A stretch of 40,624 nucleotides of DNA from a virus (IMGVR_UViG_3300019877_000003:1-40624); one strand, 5' to 3'. Shown: positions 1 through 10,076, counted from the first letter of the stretch. A program made the numbers and translations. Notes: generated by a model from the sequence alone, not told the origin.

Positions 1-194
1 ACTGAAATATACTCAGTAACAATTACAATTCCGTTTGCTCCAGTTCCACCTGTTCTAGAAGAACCATTGCTATTCCCTCCAATAGCTCCGCTTCCTCCTC
101 CTCCATAGTTATTCCCATTTGTTCCAGCTGCTGTTGCCCCAGTTCCTCCAACAGCACCTCCACCAAATATAGAATTTCCACCACCACCGGCTAG
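1..194. repeat. Terminal direct repeat, left copy (circular overlap; genome unit 40,430 bp)
   Basis: 1-194 matches 40431-40624 except G108/T40538; a gene reads through the junction. Confidence 0.95.
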
Positions 195-950
195 TATTTG
201 GTTTGTTACAGAACTTCCTAACGCACCCATACCAGATTGACCAGAAGCTAGAAAATCTCCAGTTGTAGCAACTCCCGAAGCTCCTCCCATTGTAGTATTT
301 AATGCGGACGTTATAGCCCCAATGAATGATCCACCAAATCCTCCCCCTGAAACACATAAAGCTCCTACTGACACAGAACCGCCATTTGAACCATTTGCGG
401 CGCCTGTGCCTCCATTTCCACCTGCATTTATAGTGACAGTTTGATTAACACCAACCGTAGCAGCTGTTACTGTTTTTCTAGCATATCCACCGCCCCCACC
501 GCCACCGCCTGCAGAAAATTCGGTTGGCGAAGTAATCGCAGCTCCACCCCCACCACCGCCAGAACCTACGCATTCAATGGTACAATATTTCATTCCAGTC
601 GTTGGAGTATACGTACCGCTTGAGGTAAAAACTTGAACAACAACTTGGTTAAAAGCATTAGAAGCAACACTAGAAGCTTGACTAACCCAGTTAGTACCAT
701 TTGAAGTAAGAACATTACCAGAACTACCTGCTGTCGAAGGATAAGTCGCTGTTGAATAAGCGGGGTTAGCAGCATTACCACCCGATTGTAAGACTTGTCC
801 TGCACTTCCTGGTCCTATGCTAGATATAGCATTAGATGCGCCACCAACTAGAACATCAAATTGAGTTAAGGACGATCCTGTTGCAACTCCAGCGCTACTT
901 AAGCTAACGACGCCAGTCACATTAATATTTGCCGCATTATTATAAGCCAT
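1..950 (-). CDS. Glycine-rich tail fibre/receptor-binding protein, 317 aa, spanning the circular junction (stop TAA at 40429-40427)
   Basis: Missing from the ORF track. ATG at 950 (MAYNNAANINVTG...), contains FNQVVVQVFTSSGTYTPTTGMKYCTIECVGSGGGGGG and ends IVIVTEYISV* after wrapping; paralogous to 4388-5449. Confidence 0.8.
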   Translation of the reverse strand, partial: MAYNNAANINVTGVVSLSSAGVATGSSLTQFDVLVGGASNAISSIGPGSAGQVLQSGGNAANPAYSTATYPSTAGSSGNVLTSNGTNWVSQASSVASNAFNQVVVQVFTSSGTYTPTTGMKYCTIECVGSGGGGGGAAITSPTEFSAGGGGGGGGYARKTVTAATVGVNQTVTINAGGNGGTGAANGSNGGSVSVGALCVSGGGFGGSFIGAITSALNTTMGGASGVATTGDFLASGQSGMGALGSSVTNQILAGGGGNSIFGGGAVGGTGATAAGTNGNNYGGGGSGAIGGNSNGSSRTGGTGANGIVIVTEYIS

Positions 951-959
951 TATTTATCC

Positions 960-2453
960 TTAAACTATTGTTGGTGATCCAATACTTGAAATTATATTCC
1001 AGGTGGTGTTTGCGACCACGCAAACCATCTTTATAGAATCTCTAGTTGCTGATGATGTAATAGTACCGGTAGCTCCTGAAGTGGTAGAAGAAGTACCAAA
1101 GAATATTTGCTGACCTGTTGCTTGTGTAATTTGCCACCCTAGAGCTGTATTAATACCAGTAACTTCTATAATCGATCCTATAGCTGCAGTCGCTGGAAGT
1201 GCTAAAGCCAATGTACCTGCTTTATTGCAAATATAACCGTTATTTACAGCTGCTGTTTGATTTGCTGTGATTACAGACCATGCAGTTGAAGTTACAGGGA
1301 CTGCTGCGACACCCAATTGACTAGTAGAAGAATTTATCGTTACCATCAATGGATTCGAAGATGTTACTCCGTTTATACCATGAATGAATGTTGAATTTAG
1401 TTGAAATGATCCCGTTCCAGTAGATGCTCCTATACGGCAAACATTACTTTCACCTACTGTTCCAAGATTATTTATAAGAACATTGTACGATTCAGAACTA
1501 GTATAATTCTGTCCTGCTTGATAACCCCAAGCACAATTTCCATTTCCTGTTGTCAAATTTGACAGACTGCCTGCACCAAAAGCATTGTTTTGTTGACCAG
1601 AAGTTAATAAAGCTAAACAAGCAAATCCAACTCCAGTGGAGTTTGCTCCGCCTCCAACCCCTGTTTGCCCTGCACTAGCTCCGATTAATGTACATTGAGA
1701 AGAGGATGTCCAACTTAATGCACATTGATAACCAATAAAAACACTATTACTGCCAGCACCTGATACATAAGAACTAAAAGCTGCATTACCTATTGCTGTT
1801 GTATTACTACAACCAGTTTGAGCAAGAGTCATTGCATTACGACCAATTGATGTTACTGCATTACTTGTTGTTAACGCAGCCAAAGCACCTTTACCAATAG
1901 CAACGCAGTTATCCCCTGTTGTTAATGCAGTTAAAGCACCGCTACCAACAGCAGTATTAGCCAAAGCTGTAACATTCGTAAAATTACCAGCATTAGTCCC
2001 AACGAATACGTTATCTGCATCACCATACTTATGCATGAAACGATTGCCGTTGATATTCACAACTCCGACTGTTGAGGATGTTGTATCCGGTAAATTAAGC
2101 TCTGGGCTGCTCATTGTCATCGTAGATCCAGAACCAGTAAAAGAAAGTCCTGTTGTTCCTGCTGTTAACGTGACTACTCCAGATGTTGGAGTAACAAATC
2201 CTGTATCACCATTAATTCTCTCAATAGGAGCACCACCGCCAGCAGTATTAACTGTAATGTTAGGTGAAGAATATCCGATGGATAAAGTTGTAGATGTGAT
2301 TGAACCACCTAGAATCTCTGGTGTAGGAAAAGTATTTCCTGTTCCAATTGGTAGTTTACCTGCTGCATTAATTACACCAAGATGTGGCTTTGCTGCTGCT
2401 TCATCAAAGTTCATATTCTTTGCTAACATCACATCATTTTCGAAACCAGCCAT
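960..2453 (-). CDS. Tail fibre/spike protein with beta-solenoid-like repeats
   Basis: Gly/Ser/Thr-rich; ~14-aa repeats NTAVGSGAL/NCVAIGKGAL/NTTAIGNAAF; position in fibre cluster. Confidence 0.7.
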   Translation of the reverse strand: MAGFENDVMLAKNMNFDEAAAKPHLGVINAAGKLPIGTGNTFPTPEILGGSITSTTLSIGYSSPNITVNTAGGGAPIERINGDTGFVTPTSGVVTLTAGTTGLSFTGSGSTMTMSSPELNLPDTTSSTVGVVNINGNRFMHKYGDADNVFVGTNAGNFTNVTALANTAVGSGALTALTTGDNCVAIGKGALAALTTSNAVTSIGRNAMTLAQTGCSNTTAIGNAAFSSYVSGAGSNSVFIGYQCALSWTSSSQCTLIGASAGQTGVGGGANSTGVGFACLALLTSGQQNNAFGAGSLSNLTTGNGNCAWGYQAGQNYTSSESYNVLINNLGTVGESNVCRIGASTGTGSFQLNSTFIHGINGVTSSNPLMVTINSSTSQLGVAAVPVTSTAWSVITANQTAAVNNGYICNKAGTLALALPATAAIGSIIEVTGINTALGWQITQATGQQIFFGTSSTTSGATGTITSSATRDSIKMVCVVANTTWNIISSIGSPTIV

Positions 2454-2462
2454 TTTTATATC

Positions 2463-3017
2463 CTATGGTGATTGAGTATATTCAAATAAGGCACGCCAAT
2501 TTATTGTTCTTCCTGCAACTCCAACAAACTGTATTGACAAAGTCGGGGATGTTGTAATTACATTCCAATCAGCTGTGTTCAATGAAGGATCAGATTCGTC
2601 AAACGTGTCGTTTGTTCCTACTACTACAACTGTTCCACCGGCTTTTCTTGCCAGTCCAATTTGTTCTCCACCAATTGCTGTGTTACCCAATACATCATAA
2701 CCTGTGATTAAACAACGAAATGATATAGAGGTAGTATTCGTGGGAGTTATTAAAACAACTGTTTGTGACTGACCAGCTCCGTCACTTGTAGTAGATGAAA
2801 CGCTAGCTCTGTTGGTTAATGTAAAAGTTTCCGTGCTCGTTCCAGCATTACCAACCGTTGTAATACCATTAGTATTATTAACGGTAGAAGTTCCACCCAA
2901 TAAAAAAATATTATTAGCTGTTGGTGGTACGACTATTCCATCATTACCTGTTACAGTCTCTATTGGAGATCCACCGCCGCCACCACCTGAAATGTTTATT
3001 ATTCCCGCTTGCGACAT
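2463..3017 (-). CDS. Putative virion/tail protein
   Basis: 184 aa, Thr/Gly-rich; shares GGGxPIExxxG motif with 960-2453; SD GAGG. Confidence 0.6.
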   Translation of the reverse strand: MSQAGIINISGGGGGGSPIETVTGNDGIVVPPTANNIFLLGGTSTVNNTNGITTVGNAGTSTETFTLTNRASVSSTTSDGAGQSQTVVLITPTNTTSISFRCLITGYDVLGNTAIGGEQIGLARKAGGTVVVVGTNDTFDESDPSLNTADWNVITTSPTLSIQFVGVAGRTINWRALFEYTQSP

Positions 3018-3024
3018 TTAAACC

Positions 3025-3369
3025 TCAATTAGTTACAAGATACTGTGAAACCAAATAGATACTACCAACACCTGCCGCTGCGGACTTAACACTAATTTGA
3101 GTCCCCTGAGGAATTGCCGGACAACTAGCATTAGAAATCTGAGCTTGCGTCTCATCGTAAAGCCAAAATGAATTAGCTGGAGCAACATCAATATCTGAGG
3201 TTCCGTTTATTGAGACGGTCACAAGAACATTGCTATTGTTTACCATTTTTAGCTTATAAGATGCATGTGCAAGAGGTATTCCCACATTGTAATATGTACT
3301 ACTACTGACCATAGTTGCAGAGTCTAATGATCTCAATGCTTCCCATGTGATTCTATTCGTATATGCCAT
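3025..3369 (-). CDS. Putative small virion protein
   Basis: 114 aa, beta-rich, in tail operon, SD AGGAG. Confidence 0.55.
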   Translation of the reverse strand: MAYTNRITWEALRSLDSATMVSSSTYYNVGIPLAHASYKLKMVNNSNVLVTVSINGTSDIDVAPANSFWLYDETQAQISNASCPAIPQGTQISVKSAAAGVGSIYLVSQYLVTN

Positions 3370-3376
3370 ATAACTC

Positions 3377-4378
3377 CTAGTTTACGATCCAATAATTAAC
3401 AGTAGAAGTATCACCATTAGCGGAGGAAACAATCTGGAAACTCGTTCCTGGTACAATTGTACCAATAGAAAGAAAACCAGGTGTTCCAGCGTTTGCATTA
3501 TATGTAAGGAAAATTTTAGATGAAGCAGTAACGGATGTAGTAGAAACAACCAACTGTGATGGCGATGCACCATCCAAAGCAGCAGATGTTCCGATTGAAT
3601 CTGTTGCAGCTGTTGTTGCGTGAATATTTATCTTATTTCCAGCACCACTCAAACTTAAATTACCATTTGTAGCTGTAATGTTTGTTGCTGCTGTAATAGA
3701 TCCACTAACAGAAGGAGAGCCGCTATAAGCTGGGATTACGCCAACACCACCGCTCATTAGAACTTGACCTGTTGCAACGTCTGCTATTTCACCGATAACG
3801 TTTGTTGCTGTAGCTGCAATTAATGCACCTGCTGTTGACGTATTAGGGTAGGTATCTGTAGATGCAACCCAGTTTGTACCATTAGATCTAAGAATAGTTC
3901 CTGTACTTGTTGCAGTAGCAGGAAATGTTGCTGTAGTCCAAGTCGGGTCAGCAGAAGCGCCTCCAGAAGTTAACAATTGACCAGCTGATCCAGCAGATGT
4001 TGCAGCAATAGAAGAGGTTCCTTCTCCGATTAATACACCATGAGCTGTATAAGTAGCAGGAGTATAAGGACCAATTAGGGATAAGACCACATTTCCAGAT
4101 GTTGGAGAAGCTAGAATTTGGTTAGCTGTACCTGTAACTGACTCTACTGGACCGTCGGAATCGGATAAAATAACCCAACTAGCTGTTGTAATCCCTTGTG
4201 ATGAAGACAAAGCTGAAAGATACCACAATCCGTTAGCTGGCCATAACCAATGCTTTCCCAAAGGGAAAAGAATATCGCTTGTTGATGGTGCTCTCACATC
4301 GTAATGTGGTACTTCTACGTTTTCATGTCTTGAGCCAAAACCTTGTGTATACAGGGTAGCACCTGGTTGAAAAGTCAT
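3377..4378 (-). CDS. Tail fibre-like protein
   Basis: 333 aa; repeated GQ(L/V)L(T/M)SGG fibre-shaft motifs; SD GGAG. Confidence 0.65.
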   Translation of the reverse strand: MTFQPGATLYTQGFGSRHENVEVPHYDVRAPSTSDILFPLGKHWLWPANGLWYLSALSSSQGITTASWVILSDSDGPVESVTGTANQILASPTSGNVVLSLIGPYTPATYTAHGVLIGEGTSSIAATSAGSAGQLLTSGGASADPTWTTATFPATATSTGTILRSNGTNWVASTDTYPNTSTAGALIAATATNVIGEIADVATGQVLMSGGVGVIPAYSGSPSVSGSITAATNITATNGNLSLSGAGNKINIHATTAATDSIGTSAALDGASPSQLVVSTTSVTASSKIFLTYNANAGTPGFLSIGTIVPGTSFQIVSSANGDTSTVNYWIVN

Positions 4379-4387
4379 AAATTCTCC

Positions 4388-5449
4388 TTAACTTGATATA
4401 TATTCTGTAATAATTACTAAACCATTTCCACCAACGCCACCCAAATTTGCAGCATTTGCATTAGACAAAGCACCAGAACCACCGCCGCCATTGGTTCCAA
4501 CATTTCCTGGACCTGATTCTCCGGCACTAAGCGGTCTTCCGCCAGCACCTAACATAGAGTTTCCACCATATCCAGATGTTAATATAAAACCAGAACCAGA
4601 AGGGTCAAGATTTATACCAATACCAACACCACCTCCAGTACCTGAAGTTCCAAAAGATAGTCCAGATCCAGAAGATGTTCCGCCATTACCACCGTTTGTT
4701 GAATTAAATGCAGAAGCACCAGATCCTATTCCACCAGTACCGCCAGTACATGTAATTAAAGGAGATGTTCCAAATATTGTTGATCCACCAGTACCGCCAG
4801 TACCACCTGTGTTAGCTCCTCCTGTTCCGCCAGCTCCAATTGTTACCAATTGACCAACACCTATATCTATGGAAGAAAAAACCCCTTTTCCATAAGCACC
4901 AGAACCACCGCCACCACCAATTGCTATTTGTCCAGATGCAGCAAGTGTAACACCACCCCCACCACCACCCGCTCCCACGCATTCTACAATACAATAAGCC
5001 ATTCCAAGAGTGGGAGCATATGCATCTGTAGTGGTAAATGTTTGAATTACAATTTGATTGAAAGAGCTCTCTGCTGTTGTTCTAAAATCAATGGAATTCG
5101 TAGATCCTGTGATGATTACAGAACTATCACTAGATGTTAATTGAACTTGACCATCACTATTTGGATTAACGGGAAAGCCAGTAGTACCTGTTCCACCTGT
5201 AAATTGAACAATAGCATCACCATCTGAAATCTGAAGCCAGTTAGCAGTTGTAACACCCGCATTGCTAGTAAATCCTGTAAGAATCCATTCTCTAGACTCA
5301 ACAGTATTTATCCATCTCTGCTTGACTTGGTATTGAATACTGCTTGAAGTTGGATCAACAGTGCTAAGAATAGTGATAAACGGAGTAGATGAATTTCCAC
5401 CATTCGCAACGCTATAATTGAAGTTAGGTACTGGAGAATTTGACTGCAT
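4388..5449 (-). CDS. Glycine-rich tail fibre protein
   Basis: C-terminal Gly-rich domain (ECVGAGGGGGG ... GGNGLVIITEY) typical of phage fibre proteins. Confidence 0.7.
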   Translation of the reverse strand: MQSNSPVPNFNYSVANGGNSSTPFITILSTVDPTSSSIQYQVKQRWINTVESREWILTGFTSNAGVTTANWLQISDGDAIVQFTGGTGTTGFPVNPNSDGQVQLTSSDSSVIITGSTNSIDFRTTAESSFNQIVIQTFTTTDAYAPTLGMAYCIVECVGAGGGGGGVTLAASGQIAIGGGGGSGAYGKGVFSSIDIGVGQLVTIGAGGTGGANTGGTGGTGGSTIFGTSPLITCTGGTGGIGSGASAFNSTNGGNGGTSSGSGLSFGTSGTGGGVGIGINLDPSGSGFILTSGYGGNSMLGAGGRPLSAGESGPGNVGTNGGGGSGALSNANAANLGGVGGNGLVIITEYISS

Positions 5450-5553
5450 TGATCACCTGATTAAAATTCAAAGTTATTACTTTTTGTTTAATATTTAAAT
5501 GGTAATATGATACTTTTTATTTAAAGTAGTGTAAAACTCCACGTTGTGTTAAT

Positions 5554-5718
5554 ATGAAAGAAGAAAAAGTAGCCAGGATAAGAATTCATCCTCATTTGTA
5601 TAAAAGATATAAGATTTTATGTGCTAAAAACGATCTTTCTATACCAAAGCAAACAGAGGCTTTGATCAGGAAATTCGTTGAGATACAAGAAGAAAACGAT
5701 AAGTTGTTAGGTAAATAA
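5554..5718 (+). CDS. Ribbon-helix-helix (Arc/CopG/ParG-like) DNA-binding protein, 54 aa
   Basis: MKEEKVARIRIHPHLYKRYKILCAKNDLSIPKQTEALIRKFVE... fits strand-helix-helix pattern; TAATG coupling to next gene. Confidence 0.6.
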   Translation: MKEEKVARIRIHPHLYKRYKILCAKNDLSIPKQTEALIRKFVEIQEENDKLLGK

Positions 5719-5858
5719 TGGAATGGATGCAAGTACTTACAATAATTGTAACATTACTTGGAGGAATGTTTTACATTCACTCTGACGTAAAACAACAAGC
5801 TGCAAGAACAGACAAACTCTATGAGATGTTTGTTGATCTGCTTAAGGAGAAGAGATGA
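5718..5858 (+). CDS. Small membrane-anchored coiled-coil protein, 46 aa
   Basis: MEWMQVLTIIVTLLGGMFYIHSDVKQQAARTDKLYEMFVDLLKEKR; translationally coupled on both sides. Confidence 0.6.
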   Translation: MEWMQVLTIIVTLLGGMFYIHSDVKQQAARTDKLYEMFVDLLKEKR

Positions 5859-5947
5859 TTATTATAGCTATATTATTCGTTGCAGCCACTGCAATTTGCT
5901 TTGTATCACAGGTGATTTATTACACATTGAAAGGTGAATTTCGTTAA
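5855..5947 (+). CDS. Small hydrophobic peptide, 30 aa
   Basis: MIIIAILFVAATAICFVSQVIYYTLKGEFR; SD AAGGAG, ATGA overlap. Confidence 0.45.
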   Translation: MIIIAILFVAATAICFVSQVIYYTLKGEFR

Positions 5948-7644
5948 TCTTCTTTATTTGACATTTCAATAAGCTCTTCTTCTGAACCAAATTCTTCTTT
6001 AATTGATTTATTTAATTTTCTTGCAGAATTAGCAAGTATTTTAGATTTAGGTTGAGAACCAAATTTAGCTGTATCTTTTAAAAATTGAATATAATCTTTT
6101 TTGGTTGAATTTCTAGTAAATAGATTACCTTGAATACGATGTAGAACAGATTTAGCTATATAAAAAGGTGCTCCAACGTGAGCTTTTCCACCTAAAGCCA
6201 ATCCTACTTGCATTGGGGTTAGATTGGTTAAATACTCTTTCACTGTTTTAGGATTTTTTAAGTTATCGAAAATCTTTTTTTCTGCTTCTTTTCCATAAGT
6301 AGCTATCCTCTCAAGATCTTTTACACTATCTTTTCCTAACGATCTTTCTAAAAACGCTCTACTTCTTTTTCCTTCCAAAACAGTTGATAATTTTTTTGGA
6401 TTATAACCATCCGAAAATGACTTCTTTAAAATACCTTCAACTTGATCAAGCTTTGAACCTTCATGGAATATTTTATTAGCGAATGAAATTTCTTTACCAA
6501 GTTCGGGGCTTGCTTTTTCTATTGCCTTAACTAATTGTTCATTTATTCCAGCATATGCATTTTTAACAGCATTTTCAGAACCAGCAAACTCTGGTTTTCT
6601 CCATATAGATGTTACATTAGAATTGTTGTTCTTTATCTGCTTAAGAGCTTTAGTTCCATTCATATCTTTTAAAGTTTCAGGTAGTTTTTTTCCTGTTATT
6701 AAATCAAAAGATGGTTTTGAAGATGGTATTAAAGATTTCTTTTCTTTATTCAAAACATATATATATGCTTTTTCAGCACTACTTAAACTTGGAGCACTTG
6801 ATTTTGTTTTTTTTATTTCTTTTTCTATCCAATCAACAACGTTTGAGTAGTCTATATTTTTATCACCCATATTTGAAGCTGTTTTATTTGCTTGAGAATA
6901 TGCAACATCATAAGCCTCATTTAAATTTACCCCAGAATCTCGCATTTTCTTGATAGGTAACTTTTGATCTATTATGTCGCTGATGGCCTTTTTAGAGGTT
7001 TCACCCAATTCTTTAGCGAGTTTTTTCTCTTTTTCAGCAGATACTATTGGGGTAATGGATGGTGTTTTTTCTGATTCCATTCCTGCGAATTTTCTGAGAC
7101 CAAACTCTTCTGCTGTTTCTCTTAATGCTGATGCTTCTTTTCCAAGTTCTTTTGTTTTTAATTTTGGAGTTTTAGATCCTTTTACAGGAAAACCTGCAAA
7201 TTCAGCAGCAGTTCTCATGACAGAAGCAAATTTATCTTTTGGTTTAGTAGAAACACCTGTTTGTTTCTCTAAAAATTCTTCTGCTAATTGTTGAGTAGGT
7301 AAATATTCCATTGCTTCTAAAAAATTAGCCTTGGATTTTTCCATATCAAAAGGTTCGCCTGACTTCCAGGCTAATTCTTCAGCCTCTTCTAATCCTGACA
7401 ATCCTTCTCCAATGATATACATCTTCATCAAATCTAAAGGGCTTGTCAAAGCTTGACTCAATCCTAAGCCTATTTGACCTGATAAATTTTCAGGGATTTC
7501 TTTTATGCTTTTCAAAACCACGTCATTTAAAAACGACTTTTCTTCTTTAGGTTCTTCTTTTTTTTCTTTTAATTTCAACGATGGAGGTAACGGAGAAGAT
7601 TGTTTAGTAGGATCATGCTTTAATCTAAGTGATGGAGGCATCAT
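5944..7644 (-). CDS. Putative internal virion/DNA ejection protein
   Basis: 566 aa, helical and Lys/Glu-rich; last of three genes after tail genes, as in podovirus ejection modules. Confidence 0.5.
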   Translation of the reverse strand: MMPPSLRLKHDPTKQSSPLPPSLKLKEKKEEPKEEKSFLNDVVLKSIKEIPENLSGQIGLGLSQALTSPLDLMKMYIIGEGLSGLEEAEELAWKSGEPFDMEKSKANFLEAMEYLPTQQLAEEFLEKQTGVSTKPKDKFASVMRTAAEFAGFPVKGSKTPKLKTKELGKEASALRETAEEFGLRKFAGMESEKTPSITPIVSAEKEKKLAKELGETSKKAISDIIDQKLPIKKMRDSGVNLNEAYDVAYSQANKTASNMGDKNIDYSNVVDWIEKEIKKTKSSAPSLSSAEKAYIYVLNKEKKSLIPSSKPSFDLITGKKLPETLKDMNGTKALKQIKNNNSNVTSIWRKPEFAGSENAVKNAYAGINEQLVKAIEKASPELGKEISFANKIFHEGSKLDQVEGILKKSFSDGYNPKKLSTVLEGKRSRAFLERSLGKDSVKDLERIATYGKEAEKKIFDNLKNPKTVKEYLTNLTPMQVGLALGGKAHVGAPFYIAKSVLHRIQGNLFTRNSTKKDYIQFLKDTAKFGSQPKSKILANSARKLNKSIKEEFGSEEELIEMSNKED

Positions 7645-8882
7645 TGTAGTTTATATCCTTCTGGCAACAGTTCAACTTCATCGCTATTTATCTCATAAAC
7701 ACTTCCGTCTGGCCCAATAACGTCAACAATCATAGGCTTAGATTCTTTTTTAGAAGAAGTCTTCTTAGATTTTGTTTTTGATTGGATAGCTAATTCCTTA
7801 AGACGTGATTCATATTGTTTCTGTCTTTCTTGAATGTAAGGTTTTACAGTCTCTTCAGCTACTCTAGATAAACTTCCGGGAAGATAGCCCAATGTTTCAT
7901 CGTATTGTTTTTCTAGATTTCTAACAGTTTCCAACCAATGTTTATCTAAATCATTTTTGAATTTAAATGATTCTATAACTACCTGGTTTGCTTCTTGAGA
8001 TCTTCCAACTTTTGCTAAAGCATCAACCAATTGTTTTTCAATAAACATGTTAGGTCTAGCCCCAGAAGATTTTAAGTCATCAATAAAATAGTTTTTAGCT
8101 GCACTGACAAATTGAGCGCCTTTAGTACTTCTTAGAAATTCAAAACCTGTGATATTAGCAAAGTTATCTGGTGTCCAAAAACTCAAATCTTCATTTACTA
8201 CAGCATCTTCCATCGCATTAACATAAGACTCTTTTAGTGGAAGATTCTCTCCAATTTTATCTGCTCTATCCAAAACCTTCTCTGCTCTTTTTTGACCAGA
8301 TTCTAATATTTTATCTTTAGATGCTGCTGCTCTTTCATCCTGTCTCCTCCTGTTTTCTACATATCCATTTGAATAAGCAGGAGGAATTCCGATTTCATCC
8401 ATCATCATTTTCAATTGATCTGCTGATGCATTCGGAAATTGTTGAATAACTTTATTTGCAGCCATGCTAACTTCAGGAGGAACTGATTGACCAGATAATG
8501 GCGTTCTCTGTTCTTTAGGATTTCTAGCCTTATTAAGCTGAGTCTGAGCATTAACAGGAAGTTTAGACATTTCTTCATCAGTTAATTCTTCTCCTCTCAA
8601 TCCTTTTGCGTAAATAGATTGAATATCTTGAGAAGATTGACCTTTCAATTGATTGGATTTGTTCAGTGCAGATTTTTCAGCTAACATCTTTCTTTGATTT
8701 GGATCTGTTATTCCAGAGAAATCGACATTATATTCTCTTTTAAGAGCTTCGTCTTCTTCTGATCTTCGATATTCGGATAATAGATGTTCTGAAGCTCCTT
8801 CACCTAATCTAGAGAAAGCTTCACCAAACTGTTGAGAAGTAGATTTCGGTTTCTGTCTTCCTTGACCAATAACTTGAACCAT
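7641..8882 (-). CDS. Putative internal virion/DNA ejection protein
   Basis: 413 aa, Gln/Lys/Glu-rich helical; synteny. Confidence 0.5.
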   Translation of the reverse strand: MVQVIGQGRQKPKSTSQQFGEAFSRLGEGASEHLLSEYRRSEEDEALKREYNVDFSGITDPNQRKMLAEKSALNKSNQLKGQSSQDIQSIYAKGLRGEELTDEEMSKLPVNAQTQLNKARNPKEQRTPLSGQSVPPEVSMAANKVIQQFPNASADQLKMMMDEIGIPPAYSNGYVENRRRQDERAAASKDKILESGQKRAEKVLDRADKIGENLPLKESYVNAMEDAVVNEDLSFWTPDNFANITGFEFLRSTKGAQFVSAAKNYFIDDLKSSGARPNMFIEKQLVDALAKVGRSQEANQVVIESFKFKNDLDKHWLETVRNLEKQYDETLGYLPGSLSRVAEETVKPYIQERQKQYESRLKELAIQSKTKSKKTSSKKESKPMIVDVIGPDGSVYEINSDEVELLPEGYKLQ

Positions 8883-8891
8883 GAATAACTC

Positions 8892-9515
8892 CTATAATCC
8901 TGAAAATGCTCTTGATCCAATACTAGCTCCCGCAAATCCACCAGATGGACCACCTGATAGAAAACCGCCTAATCCACCGAGTCCTGCTCCTAATGCTCCA
9001 CCCCATCCGCCCAACGCACTTGATTGACTTTGGGGTTTTTCAACTAAGAATCTATCCTGGGGTTTTTGTCCTAATAATTCTCTGCTAAGAGACATTAAAT
9101 CTTGAAGACCTTGTCTTTGCAATCCCTGTCTTTGAGATCTAAGTTGCATAGCAAAATCGGATGCTTGCTGACCTGCTGCATTCTGAAATCCACTTCCCCT
9201 TTGTGCAGACATCGCACCAGGAGCTAATTGGCTAAACCTAGATCCTAACTGTCCTTGTGCTTCTTGGAATTGTCTCCATGCTGGAGCTTCTTCTTGCTCA
9301 AAAGATGATTCATCACCACCTGCTAATCTTGATAAATAACTTTCAGGTCCAGTATGAGAAAAAAGCTGTTCAAATAGTTGTTGTTGTTCTGGAGTAAATT
9401 GCTGAAGTTGTCCAATTTCATATCCCTTGGGTGCTTTATCTCCACTAAAGTTACCAGCAGGTCTTCGGTTAATATTACCACCAGCAGCTCCTCGATAGCC
9501 TTGCATTGGATTCAT
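8892..9515 (-). CDS. Putative DNA ejection/pilot protein
   Basis: Gln-rich with C-terminal Gly-rich hydrophobic segment (GGWGGALGAGLGGLGGFL). Confidence 0.55.
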   Translation of the reverse strand: MNPMQGYRGAAGGNINRRPAGNFSGDKAPKGYEIGQLQQFTPEQQQLFEQLFSHTGPESYLSRLAGGDESSFEQEEAPAWRQFQEAQGQLGSRFSQLAPGAMSAQRGSGFQNAAGQQASDFAMQLRSQRQGLQRQGLQDLMSLSRELLGQKPQDRFLVEKPQSQSSALGGWGGALGAGLGGLGGFLSGGPSGGFAGASIGSRAFSGL

Positions 9516-9557
9516 AATGTACCTCGTTTTTTCCTAATTATATCATTAAAATCGCTT

Positions 9558-10076
9558 TTATACACTACTTAACCATTCAATAGTAACATATGCAGCGCTA
9601 ATATTTGGAGCTGTTGCACCTAGCACAACCTTAACACTTTGGTTACCACCGGAAGGATTTGGTTCTACTAAAACTGTCATAGATGTCGTTAATAAAGATG
9701 GATCAACATAAGGCAATGGTCTCCAATCTGTTCCCGTATCAAGAGCTGCAACTCCATTTATACTTGTAAATGAAATAAGATTTGGAACGCCAGTGTCTAT
9801 GTTTAAAAATGTTCCAGATGCCATTGCAGGAAATACTATCACTTCTCTAAATGTTTGAAGCGCTCTTGTATATCCATTTAAGTACCATTTTGACCCAGTA
9901 GGAACAATCTTTCTCTCTGGATAGATTCCTATTACTCTATCATTCACCTTAGATGCAATATCTATGTAAGCTTTATCCATCTGAGCAGACATGTCTTTAA
10001 GGTCTGTGTTTGGAAAAAGCCATTGTACTTTAAGATAAGGTTGACGATAGAACTGTGAAAATGGTACTGCTGTCAT
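9558..10076 (-). CDS. Putative tail-associated protein
   Basis: 172 aa, overlaps upstream tail gene (ATGA). Confidence 0.5.
   Translation of the reverse strand: MTAVPFSQFYRQPYLKVQWLFPNTDLKDMSAQMDKAYIDIASKVNDRVIGIYPERKIVPTGSKWYLNGYTRALQTFREVIVFPAMASGTFLNIDTGVPNLISFTSINGVAALDTGTDWRPLPYVDPSLLTTSMTVLVEPNPSGGNQSVKVVLGATAPNISAAYVTIEWLSSV

Noticed and set aside
1-194. Physical direct terminal repeat or attL/attR
   Set aside because: Lies mid-gene and no integrase is present; most simply an assembly overlap of a circular or permuted genome
2035-5140. Pro-rich + strand ORFs (2035-2475, 2812-3021, 4491-4853, 4850-5140)
   Set aside because: Antisense shadows of Gly-rich fibre genes
1-5449. Diversity-generating retroelement acting on fibre genes
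   Set aside because: No reverse transcriptase and no template/variable repeat pair with adenine-specific differences seen
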